DNA of 64,000 nt from an uncultured Ruminococcus sp. (GTDB taxonomy: Bacteria > Bacillota > Clostridia > Oscillospirales > Ruminococcaceae). Position numbers and translations under genes: made by a program. The notes below the pieces were generated by a model. That model did no database searches, was not told the origin of the DNA, and saw nothing but the letters and a program-made list of their open reading frames with translations. This document shows, in pieces, positions 47,599 through 57,788 of this stretch. The first letter of the stretch is position 1, and each line of letters starts with the position of its first letter. The stretch lies in assembly GCA_947627445.1 (NCBI GenBank), contig CANQWA010000008.1, positions 3,530-67,529 of the forward strand, written 5' to 3'.

Positions 47599-49089
47599 GC
47601 CGGCTGAGTCGGTTTTTCCCATGGAAAAAACAGCAAACACCAGCACATACAGCAGAAGTGCCAGGGTGAGAAACAGCGCAATTCCGGCGGGATTTTCTCG
47701 GAGCTGGGGGTGAAAGGCTTCCGGCAGCGACGCTGCTGAAAAAGAAAACAATACGGCAAACAGCGGTTTTCCGAGCAAGTGCCAGAACCGGAATCGCAGG
47801 TTTGCCGTTTTTAGCGCCATGCGGAGACGATTGCAGTTGCCAAAAACATTGCTGGTATAGTAGGACACCACGATGCCGTGGAATCCAAGCAGGGGAATGC
47901 AGATCAGCACCACGCAAATACGGATGACATATTCTGCCAGATAATTCAGAGAGGAAAAACCCTGTTTGCCCATGCCTTTGATCAGGGCTTCCAGCACGAT
48001 CTCCAGATAGATAAAGGGAACGACCGGTGCAAGCAGCCGGATCATTTTTCCTGAGAGATCGCCGCCGTCCATCAGTCTGCCGATGACATTGCCGTATTTC
48101 AGCAGAATGGCTGAAATCAGAATGGAAAAGATCAAGGTCAGCTGAATGACACGCTCTGTGAGCTGCTGCACACGCCGGTGATTTCCGGCGGTATTGGCAC
48201 GGGCGATCTCTGGAATGAGAATGCCGGACAGCGCACAGAGAATGGTGGAGGGAAAGAACAGCACGGGAATGACGATTCCCTCAAATGTGCCAAACTGCTG
48301 GAGTGCCTTGTGATTGCTGTCGCCAAATTGCCGGAGGGTCATGGGGATCAGAGCGTCGTTTGCGGTGCTGAGTGCTGAGGTGAGACATCCTCCCAATGCC
48401 ACCGGGATTGCCAGACGGAGATAGGAGAAGAATCCAAAGGAACATTTTCCCCGGTAGGATTCTCTGTGCCGGAAAAACAGGCAAATCATGAGAATGGCTG
48501 TGGTGCATGTACCGGCTGCCATAGAGCAAACCAAAAACCGGCAGACCTCTGGTGCGCTGGCATCGGCGTGATTCCACAGCAACAGCATCAGGATCAGACT
48601 GCGGAGGAGAAATTCCAGGATATCGCAGAAAGCGGTGATGGTCACACGGCAGACGGCGTTGAAATAGCCTTTGAGACAAGCGCTGCATCCGCCAATGGGG
48701 AGGAGCACAGCCATCATGCGGACTGCCTGTGCCATGCCGTTGCTCTGGAGAAACCGGATGCTGAGCGGTTCGGCAAAGATCCAGACGCTGACGGCGGTGG
48801 GGATGCTCAGGCAGAGGCAGAATGTGATGCTGTAACGCAGGATGCGGATGGGGTTGCCGTGAGGACGCCCCAGTTCTTCGGAGACGAAGCGGCTGGCACA
48901 GAGCATGGCATTGCCGCCGGCAATCATGGCTGCCAGATTGAAGAAAGAGCCGGCGAGGGAGATCGCTCCCACGGAGGCGGAACCGACACGGCGTGTCATC
49001 CATGCGTTCAGGAGAAGTGCCATGCATTCCAGGACAAATTGAATGGCAGTCATTTGTATGGTATCTTTCAGCACACTGCGCTTTCGCAT
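47542..49089 (-). CDS. SpoVB/MurJ-like MOP-family flippase (polysaccharide biosynthesis protein)
   Basis: About 14 TM segments, LKGYF, A.LEF..R, LIP..L, P..FFPST...ALS..L.PEI. Start set to ATG 49089 after an AAGGGTG RBS. Confidence 0.8.
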   Translation of the reverse strand: MRKRSVLKDTIQMTAIQFVLECMALLLNAWMTRRVGSASVGAISLAGSFFNLAAMIAGGNAMLCASRFVSEELGRPHGNPIRILRYSITFCLCLSIPTAVSVWIFAEPLSIRFLQSNGMAQAVRMMAVLLPIGGCSACLKGYFNAVCRVTITAFCDILEFLLRSLILMLLLWNHADASAPEVCRFLVCSMAAGTCTTAILMICLFFRHRESYRGKCSFGFFSYLRLAIPVALGGCLTSALSTANDALIPMTLRQFGDSNHKALQQFGTFEGIVIPVLFFPSTILCALSGILIPEIARANTAGNHRRVQQLTERVIQLTLIFSILISAILLKYGNVIGRLMDGGDLSGKMIRLLAPVVPFIYLEIVLEALIKGMGKQGFSSLNYLAEYVIRICVVLICIPLLGFHGIVVSYYTSNVFGNCNRLRMALKTANLRFRFWHLLGKPLFAVLFSFSAASLPEAFHPQLRENPAGIALFLTLALLLYVLVFAVFSMGKTDSAGLLRHNIPQLKGYDPSQSL

Positions 49090-49254
49090 AAAAGCATCAC
49101 CCTTTCGGTAAAGGGTATGCTTGTTTTTGGGAAAAGATGCAGATTCGGTAACGATGCGGCAATCCGAAAACATCCTACAGGCATCTCTTCCTCCCGATGA
49201 TTCTGTATCCATAAAACCTTGCTGACATCCTGGTGGCATGTTGGCAAATCATGC

Positions 49255-49283
49255 TTTACGAAATCCTAAAAATGTGGTATACT
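49255..49283 (+). promoter_or_regulatory. Sigma-A promoter for the DAG-kinase-family operon
   Basis: TTTACG, 17 nt, TATACT with a TG extension. Confidence 0.65.
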
Positions 49284-49300
49284 ATCATCATAAAGGCAAA

Positions 49301-49378
49301 GGCAAACCCGCACAAAGAGCACCTATCTGATGAGAACAAGTTCTAAGAACCTGTTCAGCATCTTGGAATAGACTCTAA
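49301..49378. repeat. Composite MITE remnant: family-A left end, family-C right end and a 29-bp mini-element
   Basis: GGCAAACCCGCACAAAGAG (as at 34375), then GATGAGAACAAGTTC-TAA, then GAACCTGTTC...GAATAGACTC-TAA. Confidence 0.7.
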
Positions 49379-49392
49379 AAGGAGGCATTTTT

Positions 49393-50427
49393 TTGAAACA
49401 GCTTTATTTTATCTGCAATCTCCATTCCGGCAGAGCAATGGTCAGCTCATACCTCGGTATGATCCTGGACAAGTTCACTGCCGCAGGATATGAAGTCACC
49501 ATTCATCCGACACAGGACAGAGGTGATGCCATCATCTGCGCCAAAGAAGCCTGCGACTGTGGCAGGTATGACGTTCTTGTCTGCTCCGGCGGCGACGGCA
49601 CTCTGAATGAGGTGATCCAGGGCTGCATGTCCAGCGAGACACCCTGTCCCATCGGCTATATTCCCTTCGGCTCAACCAACGATTTCGCTCGGGGTCTGGG
49701 TATTCCCAAAGATTCAGAAGCAGCTGTGGACTGCATTATCCACGGCGAACCCATTGCCGTGGATGTGGGCAATTTTAACGGCAAGCATTTCACCTATGTG
49801 GCAGCATTCGGCGCACTGACGGAAATATCCTATGAAACACCGCAAAAATTCAAGAATGTTCTGGGGCATGCTGCATATATATTGAATGGAATCTCTAAGC
49901 TGTCGAAAATCCGTGCCTGCCGGATGCGGATTGAATATGACGGCGATGTCATTGAGGACGAATTTCTGTACGGCATGGTGACCAATTCTTCCTCTGTGGC
50001 ACGGTTTCTGTCTCTGTCAGACGTGCAGTGGGATGATGGCTTATTTGAGGTCACATTGATCCCCAAGCCGGAAAATCTCATGGAATTGCGTCAATTAATC
50101 ACTGCTTTTTCCAAGATCCAGATTGGACCGGAAAAACGGTATCTCCACTATTTCCGCACCTCTTCCCTGAAAGTGACGAATTTAGATGACGAGCCGGTCT
50201 CCTGGACCATTGATGGGGAATACGGCGGTGCGGAACGCATCAATCTGATCTCCAACCAGAAGCAGGCAGTTTTCTTCCAGGTGGATCCTGCCATGCGGAT
50301 GCAGGCAGAGGAAGTGGGTGAAACCGGTCTTGCGGTTGTCATGCCGCCGAAGGATGAAATGTTTTCGCCGTTTCAGGAGTTGGACGGCATGGAGGACATC
50401 GGCAGCCTGGCGGAAAGTGAATCCTAA
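49393..50427 (+). CDS. Diacylglycerol/lipid kinase family protein (DagK/YegS-like)
   Basis: N.HSGR, SGGDGTLNEV, IP.GSTNDFAR.LGIP, YVAAFG, IDGEYG. TTG start after GGAGG. Confidence 0.9.
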   Translation: MKQLYFICNLHSGRAMVSSYLGMILDKFTAAGYEVTIHPTQDRGDAIICAKEACDCGRYDVLVCSGGDGTLNEVIQGCMSSETPCPIGYIPFGSTNDFARGLGIPKDSEAAVDCIIHGEPIAVDVGNFNGKHFTYVAAFGALTEISYETPQKFKNVLGHAAYILNGISKLSKIRACRMRIEYDGDVIEDEFLYGMVTNSSSVARFLSLSDVQWDDGLFEVTLIPKPENLMELRQLITAFSKIQIGPEKRYLHYFRTSSLKVTNLDDEPVSWTIDGEYGGAERINLISNQKQAVFFQVDPAMRMQAEEVGETGLAVVMPPKDEMFSPFQELDGMEDIGSLAESES

Positions 50428-50441
50428 AGGAGGTACAGGCA

Positions 50442-51209
50442 ATGGCGAATCGACAGTTTCACATTCACTGCGCACCGGGAGAAGCAGGGGAATATGTCTT
50501 TCTCCCCGGCGACCCGGGTCGTGTGCCGCAGATCGCTTCTTATCTGGAGCATCCGGTTCTTACGGCACAGAATCGGGAATATACCACCTATACCGGTTCC
50601 CTGGAGGGTACAAAGGTCAGTGTGACCTCTACAGGCATCGGCGGACCGTCCGCTGCCATTGCCATGGAGGAACTGATTGCATTGGGTGCGCACACGTTTC
50701 TCCGCATCGGCACCTGCGGCGGTATGCAGCCAGAGCTGATACCCGGTACATTGATCCTGCCCACCGGTGCTATCCGCATGGAAGGGACGACACAGGAGTA
50801 TATGCCCTTGGCGTTTCCGGCAGTACCGGATTTTGAACTGGCACACCGGCTGGCAGCGGCGGCAGCAGAAAAAGGCTATACCTGTACTGCCGGGGTGGTG
50901 CATTGCAAGGATTCTTTTTACGGGCAGCATGCGCCGGAAACCATGCCCACCGCAAAACAGCTTACCGATAGTTGGCATGCCTGGAAAGCAGCGGGCGCAC
51001 TGGCTTCTGAAATGGAATCCGCCGCATTGTTTATCACGGCGGCAGTGCGCCATGTACGGTGTGCGACAATCTTACAGATGATTTGGAATCAGGAACGGAC
51101 ACGGGTGACACGATCTGAGGATGAGGCAGAGGATGATATGACGCATGCCATTGAAACTGCTGTTTTGGCAATGCGCCGGACGATCCGGGCGGACAGGGAA
51201 AGGATATAG
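50442..51209 (+). CDS. udp: Uridine phosphorylase
   Basis: LPGDPGRV, STGIGGPSAAIA.EEL, RIGTCGG, DSFYGQH, EMESA. Confidence 0.93.
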   Translation: MANRQFHIHCAPGEAGEYVFLPGDPGRVPQIASYLEHPVLTAQNREYTTYTGSLEGTKVSVTSTGIGGPSAAIAMEELIALGAHTFLRIGTCGGMQPELIPGTLILPTGAIRMEGTTQEYMPLAFPAVPDFELAHRLAAAAAEKGYTCTAGVVHCKDSFYGQHAPETMPTAKQLTDSWHAWKAAGALASEMESAALFITAAVRHVRCATILQMIWNQERTRVTRSEDEAEDDMTHAIETAVLAMRRTIRADRERI

Positions 51210-51211
51210 CA

Positions 51212-51898
51212 GTGGCACACATATTTTGTATTGAGGACGATAACGGCATCCGGGAATTGATTACCTGTGCCGTGCAATCAGGAGGGTATACGGCAGAAGG
51301 GTTTTCCAGCGGCAAGGAAATGTTTGTCCGGTTGGAGGAGCAAAAGCCGGATCTGTTTCTTCTGGACATTATGCTGCCGGGAGAAAACGGCATTTCTATC
51401 CTGAAAAAGCTGAAAGCACAAACCGCAACAGCTGACATTCCGGTGATCATGCTGTCAGCAAAATCTACGGAGATCGATAAGGTCACCGGCTTGGAAAATG
51501 GTGCAGACGATTACATCACAAAGCCCTTTGGTATTATGGAACTGCTTTCCCGGATCAAGGCAGTACTTCGCCGCAGCAAAAACAGTAATACCGTCGAAAC
51601 ACGGCAGATGGAGATCAGCGGACTGGTCATCTGTCAGGATCAGCGAACCGTGCGGTATGATGACCGGGAAATCACTTTGACTTATAAGGAATTTGAACTG
51701 TTGGCGTATCTTATGCGCAATCGGGGCACAGCGGTCTCCCGGGATCGGCTGCTGGAGGAAGTGTGGGGTTTTCAATACGAAGGAGAGACACGCACGGTGG
51801 ATGCGCATATTAAAACACTGCGTCAGAAGTTAGACGCAGCAGGCTGTCAAAATCTCATTCAGACCATTCGTGGGTATGGCTATAAAATAGGAGGCTGA
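51212..51898 (+). CDS. OmpR/PhoP-family response regulator
   Basis: EDD, LLDIMLPG, GADDYITKPF, LT.KEFELL, RTVDAHIK.LR.KL, TIRGYGYK. Confidence 0.95.
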   Translation: MAHIFCIEDDNGIRELITCAVQSGGYTAEGFSSGKEMFVRLEEQKPDLFLLDIMLPGENGISILKKLKAQTATADIPVIMLSAKSTEIDKVTGLENGADDYITKPFGIMELLSRIKAVLRRSKNSNTVETRQMEISGLVICQDQRTVRYDDREITLTYKEFELLAYLMRNRGTAVSRDRLLEEVWGFQYEGETRTVDAHIKTLRQKLDAAGCQNLIQTIRGYGYKIGG

Positions 51899-51902
51899 AT
51901 TA

Positions 51903-53081
51903 ATGGAATGGATTCTATGGAGCTTGCTGGCACTGCTGGCGGCAGCTCTTGTCACCGGAGGAATCTATCATCTGAATTTCAGACAGCAGCAATGCAAGCA
52001 GCAGGAGGTCAACCGCCATGCGGTGGTGTCGGCTCAGCAGGAATTGAGCCGGATGCGCAATGCGTTGAAGCATCAGCAGGATATCATCAGTCTGATTCAA
52101 GAGCGTATGGTAGAAGGGCTTTTGGTACTGGATGATTCCGACAAAATTCAACTTGCCAACCGCACTGCCACGGCATTGCTGCAAATCACACAGGAGAACT
52201 GGGAGGATAAGTCCATATTTATCCTGACCGATAACCAGACGTTTCTGAGTGCTCTGCGCCGCTCCAAAACGGAACATGCTTCTTCGGTGCATCAGTTGAT
52301 GCAGATGGATGGCAAATATATCCGTGCTTATGTCAGCCGTGTGGAAATGGGAAAAATCCACGGAACGATCGTGCTGCTGGTGGATGTGACCTACAGCGTC
52401 AAAGCGGAGAAGATGCGGCAGGAGTTTACTGCCAATGTTTCTCACGAACTGAAAACACCTCTGACGACCATCAAAGGTTTCGGGGAGATGTTCAGCAGTG
52501 GAATGCTCACCCGGCAGGAGGATGTGCAGAAGTATGGTGCGATGATCGAACGGGAAAGCGAACGGCTGCTGTTTCTGATCAATGACATTATCCGGCTTTC
52601 TGAGATTGAAGAACATACGGAAAATCTGAATACGCCGGTAGAGCTTGCCAGTGCGGCAAAGGATGCCATTCAGATCTTGCATCAGAAGATTCAGGAAAAT
52701 CAGATGCAGGTCCGGTTGGAGGGAAGCTGCCTTTTATTGAAAAGCAATGAGGGCTATATCCGGGAGATGTTTATCAATCTCATTGACAATGCCATCAAGT
52801 ATAATCATACCGGAGGCGAGGTAGGAATTCGTCTTTCTCATCATGGGAGACAGGCGAAGATTGTGGTATGGGATAACGGTATTGGCATTCCCGTTCACGC
52901 CCAAAGCCGGATATTTGAGCGGTTTTATCGGGTGGATAAGAGCCGTTCCAAGGAGTGGGGCGGTACGGGACTGGGACTTTCGATTGTGAAGCATATTGTG
53001 GATTATCATGAGGGGACGATCTCGTTGAGGAGTGAACTGGGAAAGGGCACAGAGATCACCATTCTGCTTCCGGCACGGTAA
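51903..53081 (+). CDS. PhoR-like sensor histidine kinase (TM-PAS-HisKA-HATPase)
   Basis: EFTANVSHELKTPLT, NLIDNAIKY, DNGIGIP, RFYRVDKSRS, GGTGLGLSIV. Confidence 0.95.
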   Translation: MEWILWSLLALLAAALVTGGIYHLNFRQQQCKQQEVNRHAVVSAQQELSRMRNALKHQQDIISLIQERMVEGLLVLDDSDKIQLANRTATALLQITQENWEDKSIFILTDNQTFLSALRRSKTEHASSVHQLMQMDGKYIRAYVSRVEMGKIHGTIVLLVDVTYSVKAEKMRQEFTANVSHELKTPLTTIKGFGEMFSSGMLTRQEDVQKYGAMIERESERLLFLINDIIRLSEIEEHTENLNTPVELASAAKDAIQILHQKIQENQMQVRLEGSCLLLKSNEGYIREMFINLIDNAIKYNHTGGEVGIRLSHHGRQAKIVVWDNGIGIPVHAQSRIFERFYRVDKSRSKEWGGTGLGLSIVKHIVDYHEGTISLRSELGKGTEITILLPAR

Positions 53082-53124
53082 AAATAGGAAATCTTTTGAA
53101 CGTCAAAAGGAATGGAACAGACGG

Positions 53125-53160
53125 AAATACCCTCCTGATTCACGCAGGAGGGTATTTTTT
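53125..53160 (+). terminator. Intrinsic terminator after the kinase gene
   Basis: 13-bp stem AAATACCCTCCTG/CAGGAGGGTATTT plus T tract. Confidence 0.9.
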
Positions 53161-53309
53161 AGAACTTGTTCTCAGTTTGTATTTTGTTCGGTGTATGCTT
53201 CGGGTCATTTGCAGCAAAATCATTGGTTCATCGCTGTTTGGCGGTGTGCGTAAGGGGTTCAGACAGGAAGCCCGAAGAGAGACAGACTTCCTTTTTCGAC
53301 ATATTTTTA

Positions 53310-53469
53310 GGGCGTGTTGACACTAAGCCTAAAACACATCTTTTTGGCAGAATTTTACGCATACTGCGTCGAGAAAACTTGCCGGGCGACAGCCCGCCTG
53401 CGTTTTCTCTTCTTGTCTGCGCAGAAATTCTGCTCAAAAATCTGCGCTTTATTTTGTGTCAACACGCCC
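53310..53469. mobile_element. MITE-like element, family B (160 bp)
   Basis: Perfect 14-bp TIR GGGCGTGTTGACAC / GTGTCAACACGCCC with TA direct repeats (53308-9, 53470-1). The copA stop TAG is formed by the TA plus the first base of the element. Confidence 0.8.
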
Positions 53470-55985
53470 TAATCCAAAACCTCGTACCCCTGATCTGTCA
53501 CAGCTTTTTTCAAAGCGGCTTCATCTGCCGGGGCATTCAGCTTGACCACTACTGTGCCTGTTTCATGATCGGCAATCGCCTCGTCTACCGCCGGAAATGC
53601 CTCAAGTGCCTTTTTTACGGTTGCCTCGCAATGAGAGCACATCATTCCTTTGACGTTCAGTTTCATTTCCATTTTTTCTTCCTCCTGTAAATTTGTTGTC
53701 ATGGGGTGAATATCCAGCGGCCTCTTCCGGTCACGGTCTGTCCGATGCAGCCGGAACAGATTCAGCCGCAGGGCGTTTGTTACCACGCAGAAGCTGGAAA
53801 GGCTCATGGCTGCTGCGCCGAACATAGGATTCAGCTTCCAGCCCAACAGTGTGATAAACACACCGGCAGCCAATGGAATGCCAATACCATTGTAGATAAA
53901 TGCCCAGAATAGATTCTGGTGAATATTTCGTAATACGGCACGGCTCAGCCGGATCGCTGCTGGGACATCGGTGAGACGGTTTTTCATCAGGACAATGTCT
54001 GCGGCATCAATGGCAATATCCGTGCCTGCGCCGATGGCAATGCCGATATCTGCCCTGGTCAGCGCCGGTGCATCGTTGATGCCGTCACCTACCATCGCAA
54101 CCTTTCCCTGTTTTTTCAACTGCCGGATGACGGATTCTTTGCCGTCAGGCAGAACACCGGCAATGACTTCATCTACACCCACCTGTGCACCGATGGCGTT
54201 TGCGGTACGTGCATTGTCACCGGTGAGCATGACCGTATGAATGCCCATGTTCCGAAGCTGCCGGATCGCCTCCGGACTTTCTTCTTTAATGGTATCAGCC
54301 ACGGCGATGATGCCGGATAGCTTTCCGTCACGGCAAAAGAACAAGGGTGTTTTTCCTGCTTTTGCCAATGCCTCTGCCTGGTGCTGGATCTCTGTCGGAA
54401 TCTCTGTCACCGTGCGAATCAACTGCAGGCTGCCGCCGCAGACCGGACTGCCGTTAAGCTTTGCCGTTAAACCGTTGCCCGGCAACGCCTGAAAATCGGT
54501 GACCTGCTGCAAGGGCAGATGATGGTTCTCGCCGTATTGCACCACAGCTTTTGCCAGGGGATGCTCGCTGGGGGATTCCAGTGCATATGCCATGGAAAAA
54601 AGTTGTTCTTCTGTCACTTCCGATGTTGGGAGAATGTCTGTCACTTTGGGCTGTCCTTGTGTAATGGTACCAGTTTTGTCCAGAGCAATGATCTGCATTT
54701 TTCCGGTTTCTTCGGAAGAAGCTGCCGTTTTGAACAGAATGCCGTTTCTTGCACCAACACCATTTCCCACCATGATTGCCACAGGAGTCGCCAGTCCCAG
54801 CGCACAGGGGCAACTGATGACCAGCACAGAAATGCCTCTTGCTAGGGCAAAACCAACACGCTGTCCCACCAGAAGCCATACCAGAATCGTCACGGCAGCA
54901 ATGACAATGACCACTGGCACAAATACGCCGGAAACCCGGTCTGCTATTTTGGCAATCGGCGCTTTTGTTGCAGCAGCATCGCTGACCATGCGGATGATCT
55001 GGGACAGGGCAGTGTCCTCGCCCACACGTGTCGCCTCGCATTGCAAAAATCCGGACTGATTGATGGTAGCAGCAGAAACTGTATCTCCGACAGCCTTATC
55101 CACCGGAATGCTTTCTCCGGTCAACGCGGATTCATTGACAGCACTGCTGCCCTCTAAAATCACGCCGTCTACGGGAATGGATTCTCCGGGACGCACCACA
55201 AAGCGGTCACCCGGTTTTACTTGTTCAATGGGAATCACAACTTCTTTGCCGTTCCGCAGCAAAGTGGCTGTTTTGGGTGAGAGCGCCATAAGGCTTTTCA
55301 GTGCATCGGTGGTTTTTCCTTTGGAATGGGCTTCCAGCATTTTCCCAATGGTGATCAGGGTCAGAATCATAGCTGCGGATTCAAAGTAGAGGTCGTGCAT
55401 ATGATCCATGACGGCAGACATGTCATTTTCTATCTGTGCTGCCGTCATGGCGAACAGGGCGTAGGTGCTGTAGCCGAATGCTGCTGCTGAGCCAAGGGCT
55501 ACCAGGGTGTCCATGTTGGGGGAACGGTGGAGCAGGCTTTTGAAGCCGCTGATGAAAAATTTCTGGTTGATGACCATGATGGCAGCGGTGAGCAGAAGTT
55601 GCATCAAGCCCATTGCCACGTGATTGCCTTCCAGGAAGGGGGGCAGCCACCAGTTCCACATCATGTGTCCCATGGAGAGATACATCAGCGGAATGAGAAA
55701 GCACAGGGAAACGATCAAGCGGCGTTTTAGTGCCGGCGTATGACGGTCGGCAAGTGCATCGGCATCCGATGCAGATTTGGTTTCGGTGCCCTTCCGGGAA
55801 GCCCCATAGCCGGCGCTTTCCACTGCGGCAATGATTTCTTCCGGAGAAGCCGTTCCCTCTACGCCCATGGAGTTGGTCAGCAGGCTGACGGAACAGGAAG
55901 TCACGCCCTTGACCTGAGAGACAGCCTTTTCCACCCTGGTGCTGCATGCGGCACAGTTCATGCCGGTAACGTTGTATTGTTCCAT
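53469..55985 (-). CDS. copA: Cu(I)-exporting P1B-type ATPase with N- and C-terminal HMA domains
   Basis: [43 protein letters not shown]-terminal GMMCSHC. Confidence 0.95.
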   Translation of the reverse strand: MEQYNVTGMNCAACSTRVEKAVSQVKGVTSCSVSLLTNSMGVEGTASPEEIIAAVESAGYGASRKGTETKSASDADALADRHTPALKRRLIVSLCFLIPLMYLSMGHMMWNWWLPPFLEGNHVAMGLMQLLLTAAIMVINQKFFISGFKSLLHRSPNMDTLVALGSAAAFGYSTYALFAMTAAQIENDMSAVMDHMHDLYFESAAMILTLITIGKMLEAHSKGKTTDALKSLMALSPKTATLLRNGKEVVIPIEQVKPGDRFVVRPGESIPVDGVILEGSSAVNESALTGESIPVDKAVGDTVSAATINQSGFLQCEATRVGEDTALSQIIRMVSDAAATKAPIAKIADRVSGVFVPVVIVIAAVTILVWLLVGQRVGFALARGISVLVISCPCALGLATPVAIMVGNGVGARNGILFKTAASSEETGKMQIIALDKTGTITQGQPKVTDILPTSEVTEEQLFSMAYALESPSEHPLAKAVVQYGENHHLPLQQVTDFQALPGNGLTAKLNGSPVCGGSLQLIRTVTEIPTEIQHQAEALAKAGKTPLFFCRDGKLSGIIAVADTIKEESPEAIRQLRNMGIHTVMLTGDNARTANAIGAQVGVDEVIAGVLPDGKESVIRQLKKQGKVAMVGDGINDAPALTRADIGIAIGAGTDIAIDAADIVLMKNRLTDVPAAIRLSRAVLRNIHQNLFWAFIYNGIGIPLAAGVFITLLGWKLNPMFGAAAMSLSSFCVVTNALRLNLFRLHRTDRDRKRPLDIHPMTTNLQEEEKMEMKLNVKGMMCSHCEATVKKALEAFPAVDEAIADHETGTVVVKLNAPADEAALKKAVTDQGYEVLD

Positions 55986-56003
55986 AGGAATCCTCCTTTC
56001 CGG

Positions 56004-56312
56004 TTATCGCATGAGTTTTTGCAGAATGTTCACCAGCTCATCGATCACGTCATTCTTGCCATCACGAATATCATTGGCAACGCAGGTGCGGATGTGATTG
56101 GCAAGCAGTTCTTTGTTAAAAGCATTCAGGGCAGCAGTGACAGCGGATACCTGAACCAGAATATCTGTGCAGTAGGCGTTTTTTTCCACCATGCCGCGGA
56201 TGCCCCGGATTTGTCCCTCAATGCGGCTAAGACGGTTGAGTAGCTTGGTGTATTCTTCTTCTGAACGCTCTTTTGTTTTCTGACAGTGGGGACAGATTTT
56301 TTCTTCCGGCAT
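56004..56312 (-). CDS. csoR: Copper-sensing repressor CsoR
   Basis: NRL.RIEGQIRGI..MVE...YC.DIL.Q.SA...AL...L.NHIRTC (C-H-C ligands). Confidence 0.93.
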   Translation of the reverse strand: MPEEKICPHCQKTKERSEEEYTKLLNRLSRIEGQIRGIRGMVEKNAYCTDILVQVSAVTAALNAFNKELLANHIRTCVANDIRDGKNDVIDELVNILQKLMR

Positions 56313-56351
56313 GGGGGTTCCTCCTTTTCACCACAACGTGTTTACCTCTAT

Positions 56352-56380
56352 ATTATATACCCCTATGGGGTATTTGTCAA
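56352..56380 (-). promoter_or_regulatory. csoR-copA sigma-A promoter with CsoR operator in the spacer
   Basis: TTGACA, 17 nt, TATAAT. The palindrome ATACCCC-TAT-GGGGTAT (56357-56373) matches the known C/G-tract CsoR operator type. Confidence 0.9.
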
Positions 56381-56386
56381 GACCTT

Positions 56387-56432
56387 TTTTCGAGAAAAGT
56401 ATTGGTTTATTTTCGAGAAGAGTATGGGTTTA
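56387..56432. repeat. 23-bp tandem direct repeat
   Basis: TTTTCGAGAAAAGTATTGGTTTA / TTTTCGAGAAGAGTATGGGTTTA (21/23 identical). Confidence 0.7.
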
Positions 56433-56556
56433 TTTTATCCGATTATGCAAAAAAAACACGTACAGCGGCGTGAACCGTGATACGTGTAGATGATCAGAAC
56501 TTGTTTTCATAGAAATTTCATGCACGTCTTTCCGGGAGATTTTGGCAAATCCTACG

Positions 56557-57573
56557 TCAAAGTGCCTTGTCAGGCAAAAAGTCTGCCCGCTGTTTTTGAA
56601 GCGCCAGAAAATCCGCAGCCAGCATCTCTGCTTCTGCATAAGAGCCGAGATGATAACACCTCGCCCGAAACTTCGCAGCTCCATACAACCCATTCATGTA
56701 CCATGCTGCATGTTTTCGTGCTTCCCGGATGGCAATTTCCGGCGGCTTCTGGGGATTGCATTGCAGTATCAGCCGGATGTGATACAGCATGGTTTCCATG
56801 CGCTGCTCCAGAGTAGGTTGTCTGTATGCCTCACCAGAAATGACTGCCTCGATCTCCCGGAATACAAAGGGATTGCCATAGCTTCCTCTGCCCACCATGA
56901 CAAGATCACAGCCGGTCTGTTCGTACATGGCAAGACAGTCGGCGGCAGTACGGACATCGCCGTTGCCGATGACAGGAATCGTTACCGACTGCTTGACCTG
57001 CCGGATGGCATTCCAGTCCGCCTTGCCGCTGTAAAGCTGCTCCTTGGTGCGCCCGTGAACGGCAATGGCAGCAGCTCCTGCATCTTCCATTGCCTGTGCA
57101 AATTCCACGGCATTGCAGCAGCTTGCATCCCAGCCCAGCCGAAACTTGACCGTAACAGGTACACGGCTTTCCCGGACTGCAGCACGGACAATTTCCTGTG
57201 CCAGAGGAATGTCTTTCATCAAAGCACTGCCTGCACCGGTTGCGACGACCTTGTGAACAGGGCAGCCCATGTTGATGTCCAGCCAGTCGGGCTGGAACTG
57301 CTGCACCATGGCAGCGGCACGGGCAACAAAATCGGGTTCACTGCCGAAGAGCTGCAGCCCCATAGGGTGTTCGTTTTCTGTGATGGTGCAGAGCTGAGCA
57401 GAAGCTTTGTCTCCGTAGCATAAGCCTTTCACAGAAACCATTTCGCTGACAGCAGCGGCAGCACCGTATTCTCGGCAAAGGAGACGATATGCACGGTCGG
57501 CGACGCCTGCCATGGGTGCTAATATAGCGGTGCGGGGGATTTTCACAGAACCAATACAGCAAGTCGTTATCAT
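56557..57573 (-). CDS. dusB: tRNA-dihydrouridine synthase B
   Basis: LAPMAGV.D, QLFGS, DINMGCP..KV, GSALM, VHGRT..Q.YSG.ADW, GNGDV, MVGRG..GNP. Confidence 0.95.
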   Translation of the reverse strand: MITTCCIGSVKIPRTAILAPMAGVADRAYRLLCREYGAAAAVSEMVSVKGLCYGDKASAQLCTITENEHPMGLQLFGSEPDFVARAAAMVQQFQPDWLDINMGCPVHKVVATGAGSALMKDIPLAQEIVRAAVRESRVPVTVKFRLGWDASCCNAVEFAQAMEDAGAAAIAVHGRTKEQLYSGKADWNAIRQVKQSVTIPVIGNGDVRTAADCLAMYEQTGCDLVMVGRGSYGNPFVFREIEAVISGEAYRQPTLEQRMETMLYHIRLILQCNPQKPPEIAIREARKHAAWYMNGLYGAAKFRARCYHLGSYAEAEMLAADFLALQKQRADFLPDKAL

Positions 57574-57599
57574 ATACTTCCCTCTATTGCAAATCATGC

Positions 57600-57712
57600 A
57601 TATCTTTCGGTCAAAATTTCGTTATCCTGCGTCAGTTTCCCTTGCCTTGCATCAGCAAGGCTGCGGCAAGCTTCCTTGTCTGACAAATTTTTGCCTTGCA
57701 ATCTATGGCGCA
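57600..57712. repeat. Palindromic REP/MITE-like relic without intact termini
   Basis: Nested inverted repeats (GCCTTGC/GCAAGGC, CTTGCC/GGCAAG, GTCAG/CTGAC). Shares the TCTTTCGG..AAA.TTT...CTGCGT core with the 46902 element. Confidence 0.5.
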
Positions 57713-57788
57713 ATTTGCCATAGCGGAAAGCATATCATAACCTCCCGTGCCATATCGCAAATGACAAAAACTTTTGGCAAACGATTCG

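Noticed and set aside
53166-53690. ORFs spanning the kinase-copA intergenic region
   Set aside because: They read through a terminator and MITE sequence and run antisense into copA; no coding signature.
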